This document shows positions 46,603-55,526 of a stretch of 64,000 bases of DNA, piece after piece. The stretch is from Clostridiaceae bacterium. Its GTDB lineage: Bacteria > Bacillota > Clostridia > Saccharofermentanales > DTU023. The first letter of the stretch is position 1. The number at the start of each line of letters is the position of its first letter. The notes below the pieces were generated by a model, which saw only the letters and a list, made by a program, of their open reading frames with translations, did not search any database and was not told where the DNA came from. The translations under genes and the position numbers were made by a program. The stretch covers positions 22,498 to 86,497 of the forward strand of contig DUPV01000060.1 of NCBI GenBank assembly GCA_012838135.1, read 5' to 3'.

Positions 46603-47340
46603 ATGGAAAAAGAAATTGTATTAGTCACAGGTGGTGGTACAGGTATCGGTCAAGCCATTTGCGAACAATTGGCAAACCCTGATAGACACATTTATATACA
46701 TTATGGCGGTTCACAACAAGGTGCTGAACAGACTTTGAGTTTAGTAGAGGCCCAAGGCGGATCAGGTGAAATTATTCAAGCCGATCTCAATGACAGCACG
46801 CAAATTACTGCAATGATTCAAAAAATCAAAGAACAATCAGGTCGTTTGGATATTCTGGTTAATAATGCCGGGATTACTAAAGACGGTTTGGCAGTTCGGA
46901 TGTCTGATCAAATGTATGACGATGTAATCAGAGTTAATCAAAAAGCGGTTTTTGTCACGATGCGGGAAGCCGGTAAACTCATGATGCGTCAAAGAAAAGG
47001 CAAAATTATCAATATCAGCAGTGTCGTGGGTTTACACGGTAATGCCGGTCAGATTAATTATGCGGCAGCCAAATCAGCAGTTTTTGCCATGAGTAAATCT
47101 TTGGCACAAGAATTGGCTACCAGAAACATTACGGTTAATTGTGTTGCGCCGGGCTATATTAATACGGCAATGACGGACGAGTTATCCGACCAGGTTAAAG
47201 AGGCAATTATCAGTCAAATTCCGATGCAAAGAACCGGTGAACCGAAAGAAGTTGCTTATGCAGTAAAGTTTTTGGCAAGCAGGGAAGCCGATTATATCAC
47301 GGGACAAAGCATTTCTGTTGATGGCGGAATGAACATGTAA
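46603..47340 (+). CDS. fabG: 3-oxoacyl-ACP reductase
   Basis: SDR motifs TGGGTGIG, NNAG and YAAAK. Confidence 0.9.
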   Translation: MEKEIVLVTGGGTGIGQAICEQLANPDRHIYIHYGGSQQGAEQTLSLVEAQGGSGEIIQADLNDSTQITAMIQKIKEQSGRLDILVNNAGITKDGLAVRMSDQMYDDVIRVNQKAVFVTMREAGKLMMRQRKGKIINISSVVGLHGNAGQINYAAAKSAVFAMSKSLAQELATRNITVNCVAPGYINTAMTDELSDQVKEAIISQIPMQRTGEPKEVAYAVKFLASREADYITGQSISVDGGMNM

Positions 47341-47354
47341 AAGGAAGGCTAATT

Positions 47355-48593
47355 ATGGATAATAGAGTAGTTATAACAGGTATTGGTTTAGTCACCCCGC
47401 TGGGAATTGATCGTGAAACAACATGGCAGAATCTTAAAGACGGAAAGGTCGGGATTACCGAACTTACCAGATTCAGTGCGCCGGAGATTGATGTACATGT
47501 AGCCGGTCAGATTCATGATTTTAATACAAAAGAATATTTTGATCATAGAACAGCACGTCGTATGGATCCTTTTACACAATATGCGGTAGTTGCTGCCAGA
47601 GAAGCTTTTGTACAAAGCGGACTGAATGACGCTGAATTCGATCGTGATCGAGTTAATGTTATTGTATCCACCGGTATTGGAGGAATTATAACATTGGAAG
47701 CGAATAAAGTAACCGGCGAAGAAAAAGGCTATAACAGAATATCACCTTTCTTTATTCCGATGGCAATAGCAAACATGGCTTCTGCAGCCATTTCCATGGA
47801 GTTCGGTCTGCATGGTCACTCCTCTTCGATTATTACAGCTTGTGCCGGCGGTACTGATGCCATCGGTGAATCTTATCGCCAAATTAAGCACGGGTATACG
47901 GATGTAGCAATTACCGGAGGTACGGAAGCAACAATTACACCTCTATGTATCGGTGGATTTGCTGCGATGCGAGCTTTATCCACATCCAAAGATCCTTTAT
48001 CCGCCTCAAGACCTTTTGATAAAGATCGTGACGGTTTTGTCCCAAGTGAAGGTGCCGGAATTCTGATTCTTGAATCATTGGATCATGCTTTGGCAAGGAA
48101 AGCACCGATTATTGCGGAAATTATCAGCTATGCTACAACCAGCGATGCATACCATATAACAGCTCCGGATCCCGAAGGTACTCAAGCAACCAGAGCGATG
48201 CAAGAATGTATGAATTTTGCCGGTCTTGAACCGACGGATATCGATTATGTTAATGCTCATGGGACATCAACACCGTTAAATGATACAATTGAAACTCAAG
48301 TTATCAAAAATGCACTTGGCGAACATGCGTATAATGTAAAAATATCATCTACCAAATCCATGTTAGGACATGCTTTAGGTGGCAGCGGTGCTATAGAACT
48401 TTCAGTTGCGGCTCTAACCATTCGTGATCAATTTATCCATCCGACCATGGGCTTGAAAGAAGCTGATCCGGAATGCGATTTGGACTATGTACCGGGCAAA
48501 GGGCAATCACATCAAGTTAACACTGCAATCAGTAATTCGCTAGGTTTCGGCGGACATAATGCCTGTATCGCAATCAAGAAATTCAACGGATAA
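47355..48593 (+). CDS. fabF: 3-oxoacyl-ACP synthase II
   Basis: Active-site contexts ACAGGT, NAHGTSTP and GHALGGSG. Confidence 0.95.
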   Translation: MDNRVVITGIGLVTPLGIDRETTWQNLKDGKVGITELTRFSAPEIDVHVAGQIHDFNTKEYFDHRTARRMDPFTQYAVVAAREAFVQSGLNDAEFDRDRVNVIVSTGIGGIITLEANKVTGEEKGYNRISPFFIPMAIANMASAAISMEFGLHGHSSSIITACAGGTDAIGESYRQIKHGYTDVAITGGTEATITPLCIGGFAAMRALSTSKDPLSASRPFDKDRDGFVPSEGAGILILESLDHALARKAPIIAEIISYATTSDAYHITAPDPEGTQATRAMQECMNFAGLEPTDIDYVNAHGTSTPLNDTIETQVIKNALGEHAYNVKISSTKSMLGHALGGSGAIELSVAALTIRDQFIHPTMGLKEADPECDLDYVPGKGQSHQVNTAISNSLGFGGHNACIAIKKFNG

Positions 48594-48746
48594 TTAAGAA
48601 AACTTGTATTAAAATCAAAAACAAAACTTATGTCGGAATTAAGAAAAGAAGAAGGCATCTATTGCAATTGTGGATTTTAGTGAATAAATCTAAAAGAAAG
48701 GTTGTCTGCCAATAAAAAAGTTCAGTAAAATAGTCTAGGAGGAAAA

Positions 48747-49193
48747 ATGTCATTAAAATTAGAAAGTTTTGAAATAGAAAAAATTTTACCGCATCGTTAT
48801 CCCTTTCTTTTGGTAGATCGAATTATAGATGGTGAGTGGGGAGAATTTGCGGTAGGAATTAAACAGGTAACTCGCAATGAATGGTATTTTGACGGACACT
48901 TTCCGGGAAAACCGATCATGCCCGGTGTCTTACAACTTGAAGCAATGGCACAAGTTGGCGGAATAGCTTTTCTCGGCTTACCTGAAAACGAAGGAAAATT
49001 GGCTCTGTTTGCCGGCGTAAAAAATGCGCGTTTTGCAAAACCGGTCTTGCCCGGCGATACGCTGACTATTCGCACAGAATTTACCGGTAAAAAGTTGAAT
49101 ATCGGTTTTGCCACGGGTGAAATTCGTTCAACTGATCAATTGGTATGTAAAGCTGAAATGATATTTTCCATAGTTGATACCGACCAAATTTAA
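48747..49193 (+). CDS. fabZ: 3-hydroxyacyl-ACP dehydratase
   Basis: LPHRYPFLLVDR and HFPGKPIMPGVLQLEAMAQ. Confidence 0.95.
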   Translation: MSLKLESFEIEKILPHRYPFLLVDRIIDGEWGEFAVGIKQVTRNEWYFDGHFPGKPIMPGVLQLEAMAQVGGIAFLGLPENEGKLALFAGVKNARFAKPVLPGDTLTIRTEFTGKKLNIGFATGEIRSTDQLVCKAEMIFSIVDTDQI

Positions 49194-49267
49194 TTGAAAA
49201 AATATTATAAAATGATTTAAGGCAAAAAGACAAACGAATACAAATTATATAAATGAGGGCTGTTAAA

Positions 49268-49750
49268 ATGCGTAATACTGTAACCGGAGATAATATTGCT
49301 CAAGATCTATATGAGATTTATCGAAAAGTTAAATTGTACACTTTTCATAGAATATTTCGTAAAATAACAACCAAAGAAGAAGATTCTTTAACAGCGCTTG
49401 AAGTATTGAGCCTGGATTTAATCCAAGGGATGGATAATCCGACTCAAACAGAATTTGCCAGATATATCAATGTTTCGATGCCGAATGCAACATACAAATT
49501 GAATAGTCTTGAGAAAAAAGGTTATTTGACCAAGGAGCAATCGGCTGAAGACGGTAGAATATTTTATTTAAGAGTCACCGAAAAAACAAGGGAACTTCTC
49601 GGAACGAGTGAAAGATATTTAGATATTCTTTACAGAAGGCTTCAACGCGAATTTAAACCGGAAGAACTAAAGGTATTTGAAAAGGTAATCCATACTGTTT
49701 CCAAAGATTTGATGGTTGAATTAGATCGTTACGTAGAATATAAAATATAA
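49268..49750 (+). CDS. MarR-family transcriptional regulator (candidate FabT-like regulator of the fab operon)
   Basis: wHTH core PTQTEFARYINVSMPNATYKLNSLEKKGYL. Last gene of the fab cluster. ATG at 49268 follows GAGGG. Confidence 0.65.
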   Translation: MRNTVTGDNIAQDLYEIYRKVKLYTFHRIFRKITTKEEDSLTALEVLSLDLIQGMDNPTQTEFARYINVSMPNATYKLNSLEKKGYLTKEQSAEDGRIFYLRVTEKTRELLGTSERYLDILYRRLQREFKPEELKVFEKVIHTVSKDLMVELDRYVEYKI

Positions 49751-50013
49751 GAAAAACCATACGTTAATCAATTATAGCGGAACTAACTGGCGCTTTGGCG
49801 AGTAATCTCATTGTTAATGACAATAAGAAGCAAATTAAGAAGAATAGAGTTGTGTTAAGAAGCCTGTCTCTTTTCTTTTAATGTGCTTTGTTTTTGTATA
49901 TAATGTATATATTAGATTAAATATATGTAAATATACTAAGTAAATATATTTACATCTGGAAGTAGTTATAAACTTAATTCTGTTTGGGCAGAATGCAGAA
50001 GGGAGTACATAAA

Positions 50014-50556
50014 ATGAAAATCAATATCGTAGGACAAGGTGTAAAAATTACGGATCATTTAGAGGACATGATAAAAAGCAGATTAGATAAATTTCATCGT
50101 TATTTTGATGATCGAACAACTGCTGAAGTCAAATTACAGCCTGTTCAAGAACAATTAAAAGTAGAGATTACTTTGAATATTGATCGTCATTATTATCGGG
50201 CAGAAGCTGTTGCACCGGATGCACTTTCGGCTATGCAAGTTGCGGTAGATATTATGGAAGGTCAGATCCGCAAGCATAAAAGCAGAATCAAACGGCAGCG
50301 TAAACAATTCGGTTATATGAAACAATACTTGACTGAAGAAGCATTTGAATCCGATATTCAAAATGAAGAACATTCCAGTATCTCGCGGCGTAAATCTTTT
50401 CAAATTTTACCTATGGATCCGGATGAAGCAACTCTGCAAATGGAAATGTTGGGTCATGACTTTTTTGCTTTCCTCAATGTGGATACCGGTATGGTAAATC
50501 TTGTCTATAAAAGACACGATGATGCGGATTACGGTTGGATAGAGTTTGAATACTAA
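50014..50556 (+). CDS. hpf: Ribosome hibernation promoting factor, long form
   Basis: MKINIVGQGVKITDHLEDMI.. N-domain plus the C-terminal dimerisation domain (FFAFLNVDTGMVNLVYKR.DGDYGWIE). Confidence 0.9.
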   Translation: MKINIVGQGVKITDHLEDMIKSRLDKFHRYFDDRTTAEVKLQPVQEQLKVEITLNIDRHYYRAEAVAPDALSAMQVAVDIMEGQIRKHKSRIKRQRKQFGYMKQYLTEEAFESDIQNEEHSSISRRKSFQILPMDPDEATLQMEMLGHDFFAFLNVDTGMVNLVYKRHDDADYGWIEFEY

Positions 50557-50615
50557 TAATGCTAATTAATATAAATTAAAATACAGATTAAATATTGATT
50601 ATTTTATTTCATTTT

Positions 50616-50646
50616 AAAATCGCCTCAGTCGAGGCGATTTTGTTTA
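50616..50646 (+). terminator. Rho-independent terminator
   Basis: aaaatcgcctc / gaggcgatttt forms an 11 bp stem with loop agtc, followed by gttt. Confidence 0.75.
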
Positions 50647-50692
50647 TGTCAGTATGCTAGAATATGAAAGAAACTTTTTGCTTGGAGTGTAT

Positions 50693-53170
50693 ATGAACAA
50701 GTCGGAAATTCAATCGGAAATATTAAACAAGGCTGAATTACGGGAGTTATTTACGGATGACTTAAATCAGATTCAAAAAGAGGCCGTTTTACATGAAAAC
50801 GGACCATTATTGATTTTGGCCGGAGCAGGTTCAGGCAAAACCAGAGTAATTACTTATCGTATTGCTTATCTGGTTAAGTTTTGCAATATTTGGCCGAGTG
50901 AAATACTGGCTATTACTTTTACTAATAAAGCTGCTAATGAAATGAAGGAAAGAGTTGAGCAATTATTAGGTTTTAACAGCCGAGGCATTTGGATCGGTAC
51001 TTTTCATTCGATGATGTTGCGCATACTTCGTCAACATGCGGATCGCATCGGTTTTGAAGCAAATTTTACGATTTTAAATACTGATGACCAACAACGATTG
51101 ATTAAGGAAATAATGACTGAGTTAAAGATTAATGATGATCTTTTGAATTTACGCTATGTGCAAAACCGCATAAGTTCAGCTAAAAATCAAATGCAGACTT
51201 GGCAGGAACTTGAGCAGGAATCCGGTTATGATAACCTGCATAAGCAGATTGTCGAAATATACAGACTTTATCAAGCGGCTTTGAAACGTGGCAACAGTAT
51301 GGATTTTGATGATATTTTGGTTTATGCGGTAGAACTTTTGCAGCAGAATGCGGATGTTCTGGATGCTTATCAGACGAGGTTCAAACATATCTTGGTAGAT
51401 GAATATCAAGATACGAATCATGTTCAGTATTTATTGGTTAAATTATTATCCGGTAAATATAAAAATGTTTGTGTGGTAGGTGATGATGATCAATCAATCT
51501 ATAGTTTCCGCGGTGCCAATATTGAAAATATTCTCAATTTCGAAAAAGATTTTAAAGACAGTAAAGTCATTAAATTAGAACAAAATTATCGATCGACTCA
51601 GACAATTCTTGCAGCTGCCAATTCAGTTATTAAGCAAAATGCAGGTCGTAAGAGTAAGCGTCTTTGGACCGAGAAGGTTAAGGGTGATCCGATCAACTTT
51701 TATTTGGCGGAAAATCAATATGAAGAAGCACGTTATGTAGCCACGGAGATCAGACGTTTAACTAAACGGGGCAAAGATCCGATTCCGGCAGGTAATATCG
51801 GAATATTATATCGTGTGAATGCTCTATCCAGAAATTTGGAGTTCGCTTTAAGGGAGCAAGGTATCAAATATAATATCTATGGAGGTTTACGTTTTTATGA
51901 TCGCAAAGAAATTCGCGATTTCCTAGCTTACTTGCGTGTGATTTTTTCGGATAATGATGAACTGGCGATTGCTCGAATAATCAATGTACCACGTCGAGGT
52001 ATCGGAGATTTAACAATAGAGCGTTCACGTAATATTGCTCACAGAGAGAATTTACCTTTAATGCAAGTACTTGCCAATGCAGATCAATTTCCGGAATTAT
52101 CCCGTACTGCGAATAATATTAGACAATTTGTTCAGATCATTGCGGAATTACGTACAATAATGCTTGATAACCAAATTTCTTTTCCGGAATTTGCTCGGAT
52201 AATTCAAGAAAAAAGTGGTTTGCTGCAGGAATTAATTGAGCAAAAAGAGGGCGGCCAGGAACAAGCTATCAGCAGAATAGAGAATTTGCAGGAAATTCTG
52301 TCTGATACAATTGAATTTACCGAAAGGACCAAACAAGAAATTGAACAATTTAAATTATTGGATGAAAATTTTGATCAAGCTGAAGTTCCTGGATTAGCTC
52401 AAGACAATATGGATATTTATTGTCAGGACTTAAGTTTGTATTCATTGATGAAGGGTTTTTTAGAACAGACAGCTTTGTTTTCCGATTTGGATCAGGAAGA
52501 AGCAGAAAATACCGTACGTTTAATGGCAATTCATAGTGCAAAAGGCTTGGAATTTGATGCTGTTTTTTTAATTGGTATGGAGGAAGGCTTATTCCCCGGT
52601 TATCGTTCATTTGAAACACCCGAACAAATGGAAGAAGAACGCCGTTTGGCATATGTTGGAATTACGAGAGCCAGACGTTTTTTACATATGACAGCAACCA
52701 GATCCCGTTTGCTATATGGTCAGACTAAATATAATTTGGTTTCACGTTTTATGTCTGAAATTCCGGATGAATATATTAGAGAAATTGGTGGCAGCAGACA
52801 AAGTAATTTCGACAATAAGTTCGGAGCGGGAAATTTTGGTGGTGATGATTCGGGTGTACGAGTTTTTGGAGGCAGTTATTCCGGTACATCAATTCCGGAT
52901 AAAAGCAGCTATTCTAACCATAGTCCGGGGGGAAAATCCAAGATTTTAGGCTCATTCGGTTTAAGAGATAAGCAACAGGCAAATTTAAACAAGAATACCA
53001 AGCTGAATTTAAGTGATATTTCAATCGGACAATCTTTTAAGCATAAAAAATTCGGTATAGGTATAATTGAGAAGATAGATTATGTGGCCAGTGATGCAAT
53101 CTTGACTCTGAATTTTAACGGTCGAATAAAACGTATGATGGCAAGTTCAGCACCGCTCGAAAAAAATTGA
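50693..53170 (+). CDS. pcrA: ATP-dependent DNA helicase PcrA (UvrD family)
   Basis: GAGSGKT, VDEYQDTN, QNYRST, and a C-terminal Tudor-like KHKKFGIGII. ATG at 50693 follows GGAG. Confidence 0.9.
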   Translation: MNKSEIQSEILNKAELRELFTDDLNQIQKEAVLHENGPLLILAGAGSGKTRVITYRIAYLVKFCNIWPSEILAITFTNKAANEMKERVEQLLGFNSRGIWIGTFHSMMLRILRQHADRIGFEANFTILNTDDQQRLIKEIMTELKINDDLLNLRYVQNRISSAKNQMQTWQELEQESGYDNLHKQIVEIYRLYQAALKRGNSMDFDDILVYAVELLQQNADVLDAYQTRFKHILVDEYQDTNHVQYLLVKLLSGKYKNVCVVGDDDQSIYSFRGANIENILNFEKDFKDSKVIKLEQNYRSTQTILAAANSVIKQNAGRKSKRLWTEKVKGDPINFYLAENQYEEARYVATEIRRLTKRGKDPIPAGNIGILYRVNALSRNLEFALREQGIKYNIYGGLRFYDRKEIRDFLAYLRVIFSDNDELAIARIINVPRRGIGDLTIERSRNIAHRENLPLMQVLANADQFPELSRTANNIRQFVQIIAELRTIMLDNQISFPEFARIIQEKSGLLQELIEQKEGGQEQAISRIENLQEILSDTIEFTERTKQEIEQFKLLDENFDQAEVPGLAQDNMDIYCQDLSLYSLMKGFLEQTALFSDLDQEEAENTVRLMAIHSAKGLEFDAVFLIGMEEGLFPGYRSFETPEQMEEERRLAYVGITRARRFLHMTATRSRLLYGQTKYNLVSRFMSEIPDEYIREIGGSRQSNFDNKFGAGNFGGDDSGVRVFGGSYSGTSIPDKSSYSNHSPGGKSKILGSFGLRDKQQANLNKNTKLNLSDISIGQSFKHKKFGIGIIEKIDYVASDAILTLNFNGRIKRMMASSAPLEKN

Positions 53171-53192
53171 GAATTTTTAACGGAGAAAGCAT

Positions 53193-54335
53193 ATGCAAGT
53201 TATTCCTCGAAAACTCAAGCAACAGAGAGAATTGGAACATTTGAGCAAATATGCTACGGCAAGCTTAAAGACACGAGGACGTCAAAGGCAGGAAACGGAT
53301 TGTCGGATCAGAAGTCCTTTTGAACGAGATGTTGGTCGAATTATATACTCGGTTGATTTCAGGCGTTTAAGGCAAAAGACCCAAGTTTTCTTTAATCCGC
53401 GTAATGATCATATATGTACGCGGATGGAACATGTTTTATATGTGAATTATATTGCTTCAACCATCGGCAAAGCGTTAAATCTGAATGTTGATTTGATTGA
53501 AGCAATTGCCTTGGGTCATGATATCGGTCATACTCCTTTTGGCCACACCGGTGAAAAAGAGTTGCAAGTCTGTTTAGAAAAATATAATGCAGATTTCAGT
53601 TTTCAACATGAATTACACAGTTTACGTGTGGTTGATGTTTTAGCTCAACGCAAACCGAATCAAAATGGGCTTAACCTAACTTTTGAAGTTCGTGATGGCA
53701 TCGTCTCACATTGTGGTGAAAAATATAATGAATATGAATTAAGACCAAATCGGGAGAAAACTGAATTGGAATTAATTACCGACGCCCAGAATCATAAACC
53801 TCCGGCAACACTGGAAGGTTGTGTCGTGAGAATGGCTGATAAAATCGCATATGTCGGACGTGATATTGAAGACGGCGCAAGAGCCGGTCTGATGAGCTTT
53901 GATGCTTTGCCGGTAGAGATTAAAACCGAACTAGGTACGACAAATGGCGAAATCATCAATACTTTAGTTGAAGATATTATCGAGCACAGTTACGGTTATG
54001 ATGCTGTTATAATGTCGCAGGGCAAGGGGCAGGCGATGGAAGAACTCCTGAATAATAATATGCGCCATATCTATCGTTCAGATCGGATTCAGCGTTATGA
54101 TTTTACTGTACGCAATATAGTACGTGGTTTATTTGAAGTTTTTCTCGAATATGCAATGAAGCCGAATCGGTTGGCAAAAGAATCAGAATATAATATGATG
54201 TTTCGCAATTTCAAAGAATATCTTGTAAAACATCCTGAACCGAAAGCTAATGCAATTCGTAAGGTTACAGATTATATAGCAGGTATGACGGATCATTTTG
54301 CCCAAACCTGTTTTAATCAAATTTTCCAGATCTAA
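53193..54335 (+). CDS. dGTPase-family HD-domain triphosphohydrolase
   Basis: RSPFERDVGRIIYS, HD motif GHDIGHTPFGH, and C-terminal DYIAGMTD. Confidence 0.8.
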   Translation: MQVIPRKLKQQRELEHLSKYATASLKTRGRQRQETDCRIRSPFERDVGRIIYSVDFRRLRQKTQVFFNPRNDHICTRMEHVLYVNYIASTIGKALNLNVDLIEAIALGHDIGHTPFGHTGEKELQVCLEKYNADFSFQHELHSLRVVDVLAQRKPNQNGLNLTFEVRDGIVSHCGEKYNEYELRPNREKTELELITDAQNHKPPATLEGCVVRMADKIAYVGRDIEDGARAGLMSFDALPVEIKTELGTTNGEIINTLVEDIIEHSYGYDAVIMSQGKGQAMEELLNNNMRHIYRSDRIQRYDFTVRNIVRGLFEVFLEYAMKPNRLAKESEYNMMFRNFKEYLVKHPEPKANAIRKVTDYIAGMTDHFAQTCFNQIFQI

Positions 54336-54438
54336 AGCAATAGTGAAGTTAAATTGGTGTAAAGTTTTAAGAAATATAAGCAGAAAATCAAGAGGTAATG
54401 TTTCAAGGTTTTTTAAGAGATTAATTTGAGGTAATAAT

Positions 54439-55143
54439 GTGAAAAATAATTGTCCCGTAGCATTCTTCGCAATGTTATACAGAATGAAATATATTGAACG
54501 CTGGGGTTTGATGCGTAATACGGAAAAAGAAAACTTGAAAGAACACACTTTTGATGTTGCGTTACTTGCCCATGCTTTATGTGAAATACGCCAAGTCTAT
54601 TTTCCGGAAGAGAAACCGCAACCGGATCCGGGCAAGGTTGTTTTGTATGCTCTTTATCACGATGCAAGTGAAATTATTACGGGCGATTTGCCTACTCCGG
54701 TCAAATATTTTAATTCGCAAATACGTACTCAATATTCCAAAGTTGAAAATTATGCGATTGAACATCTGCTGAACATGCTGCCTGAAAAACTACAACAACG
54801 ATATGCTGAATATTTTCCCTGCGATGTAAATAACTTAAATTCAGCAGATAATTTAAACTCTATAGATGCAGAAATTACTGAATTTGTTGATGATAATGTT
54901 ATTTCTGAAAGAGTTTATCTGCAAAAAATGGTTAAGCAAGCAGATCGTTTAGCGGCTTATATTAAATGTATTATTGAAATAAAACAGGGTAATACTGAAT
55001 TTGTTGATGCGGCAGAAGCAACCAAAGCAAAACTGACCAATGACAGTTCGCCGGAATTGCAATGGTTTATCACGAATATTTTGCCGGCTTATCAGTTAAA
55101 TCTGGATCAATTGCAAGTATCACAAACAGAAGAATCAATATAA
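54439..55143 (+). CDS. YfbR-like HD-domain 5'-deoxynucleotidase
   Basis: RMKYIERWGLMRNTEKENLKEHTF..LYHDASE..GD. GTG start follows GAGGT. Confidence 0.75.
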   Translation: MKNNCPVAFFAMLYRMKYIERWGLMRNTEKENLKEHTFDVALLAHALCEIRQVYFPEEKPQPDPGKVVLYALYHDASEIITGDLPTPVKYFNSQIRTQYSKVENYAIEHLLNMLPEKLQQRYAEYFPCDVNNLNSADNLNSIDAEITEFVDDNVISERVYLQKMVKQADRLAAYIKCIIEIKQGNTEFVDAAEATKAKLTNDSSPELQWFITNILPAYQLNLDQLQVSQTEESI

Positions 55144-55299
55144 ACCGTATAATCTCGAGTGCTGATAAAAATTCAAAAACTAAGGCTTATTACCTATAAA
55201 TCGCAAACTCGGGCTAACGCCCTCAAACATGCGATTTATTAACGGTAATTTCGCCAAGTTTTTTAGAATTTTTCCATCAATCTCTCGCTCATACGGTTT
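55142..55299. repeat. ~158 nt extended imperfect palindrome / long hairpin
   Basis: Paired blocks: aaaccgtat/atacggttt, tgat/atca, aaaaattc/gaattttt, attacc/ggtaat, ataaatcgca/tgcgatttat, gggc/gccc. The apex is taac at 55215-18. Confidence 0.7.
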
Positions 55300-55526
55300 A
55301 TATTGAAAATAAATATTTGTTTTAAAACACTCATACATCATAAAGTTTAAATATTCATTTTGTATATTTTAAAGCAAGATTACTATTACAAAATAATCTC
55401 TGATTTCAGTTATTGTTGCAACGATTTTACAGACATAATAAATCTGCATCACGTACCGGTTTTCTTGTTCTGAAGAGCTTTTTAACATGTTAAAATAATT
55501 TTTACAACAAATGTTTGGAGTGGCGG

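Noticed and set aside
54183-54667. Minus-strand ORFs of 121 and 84 aa spanning the dGTPase/yfbR junction
   Set aside because: They overlap two well-supported plus-strand genes and have an AT-rich, low-complexity translation.
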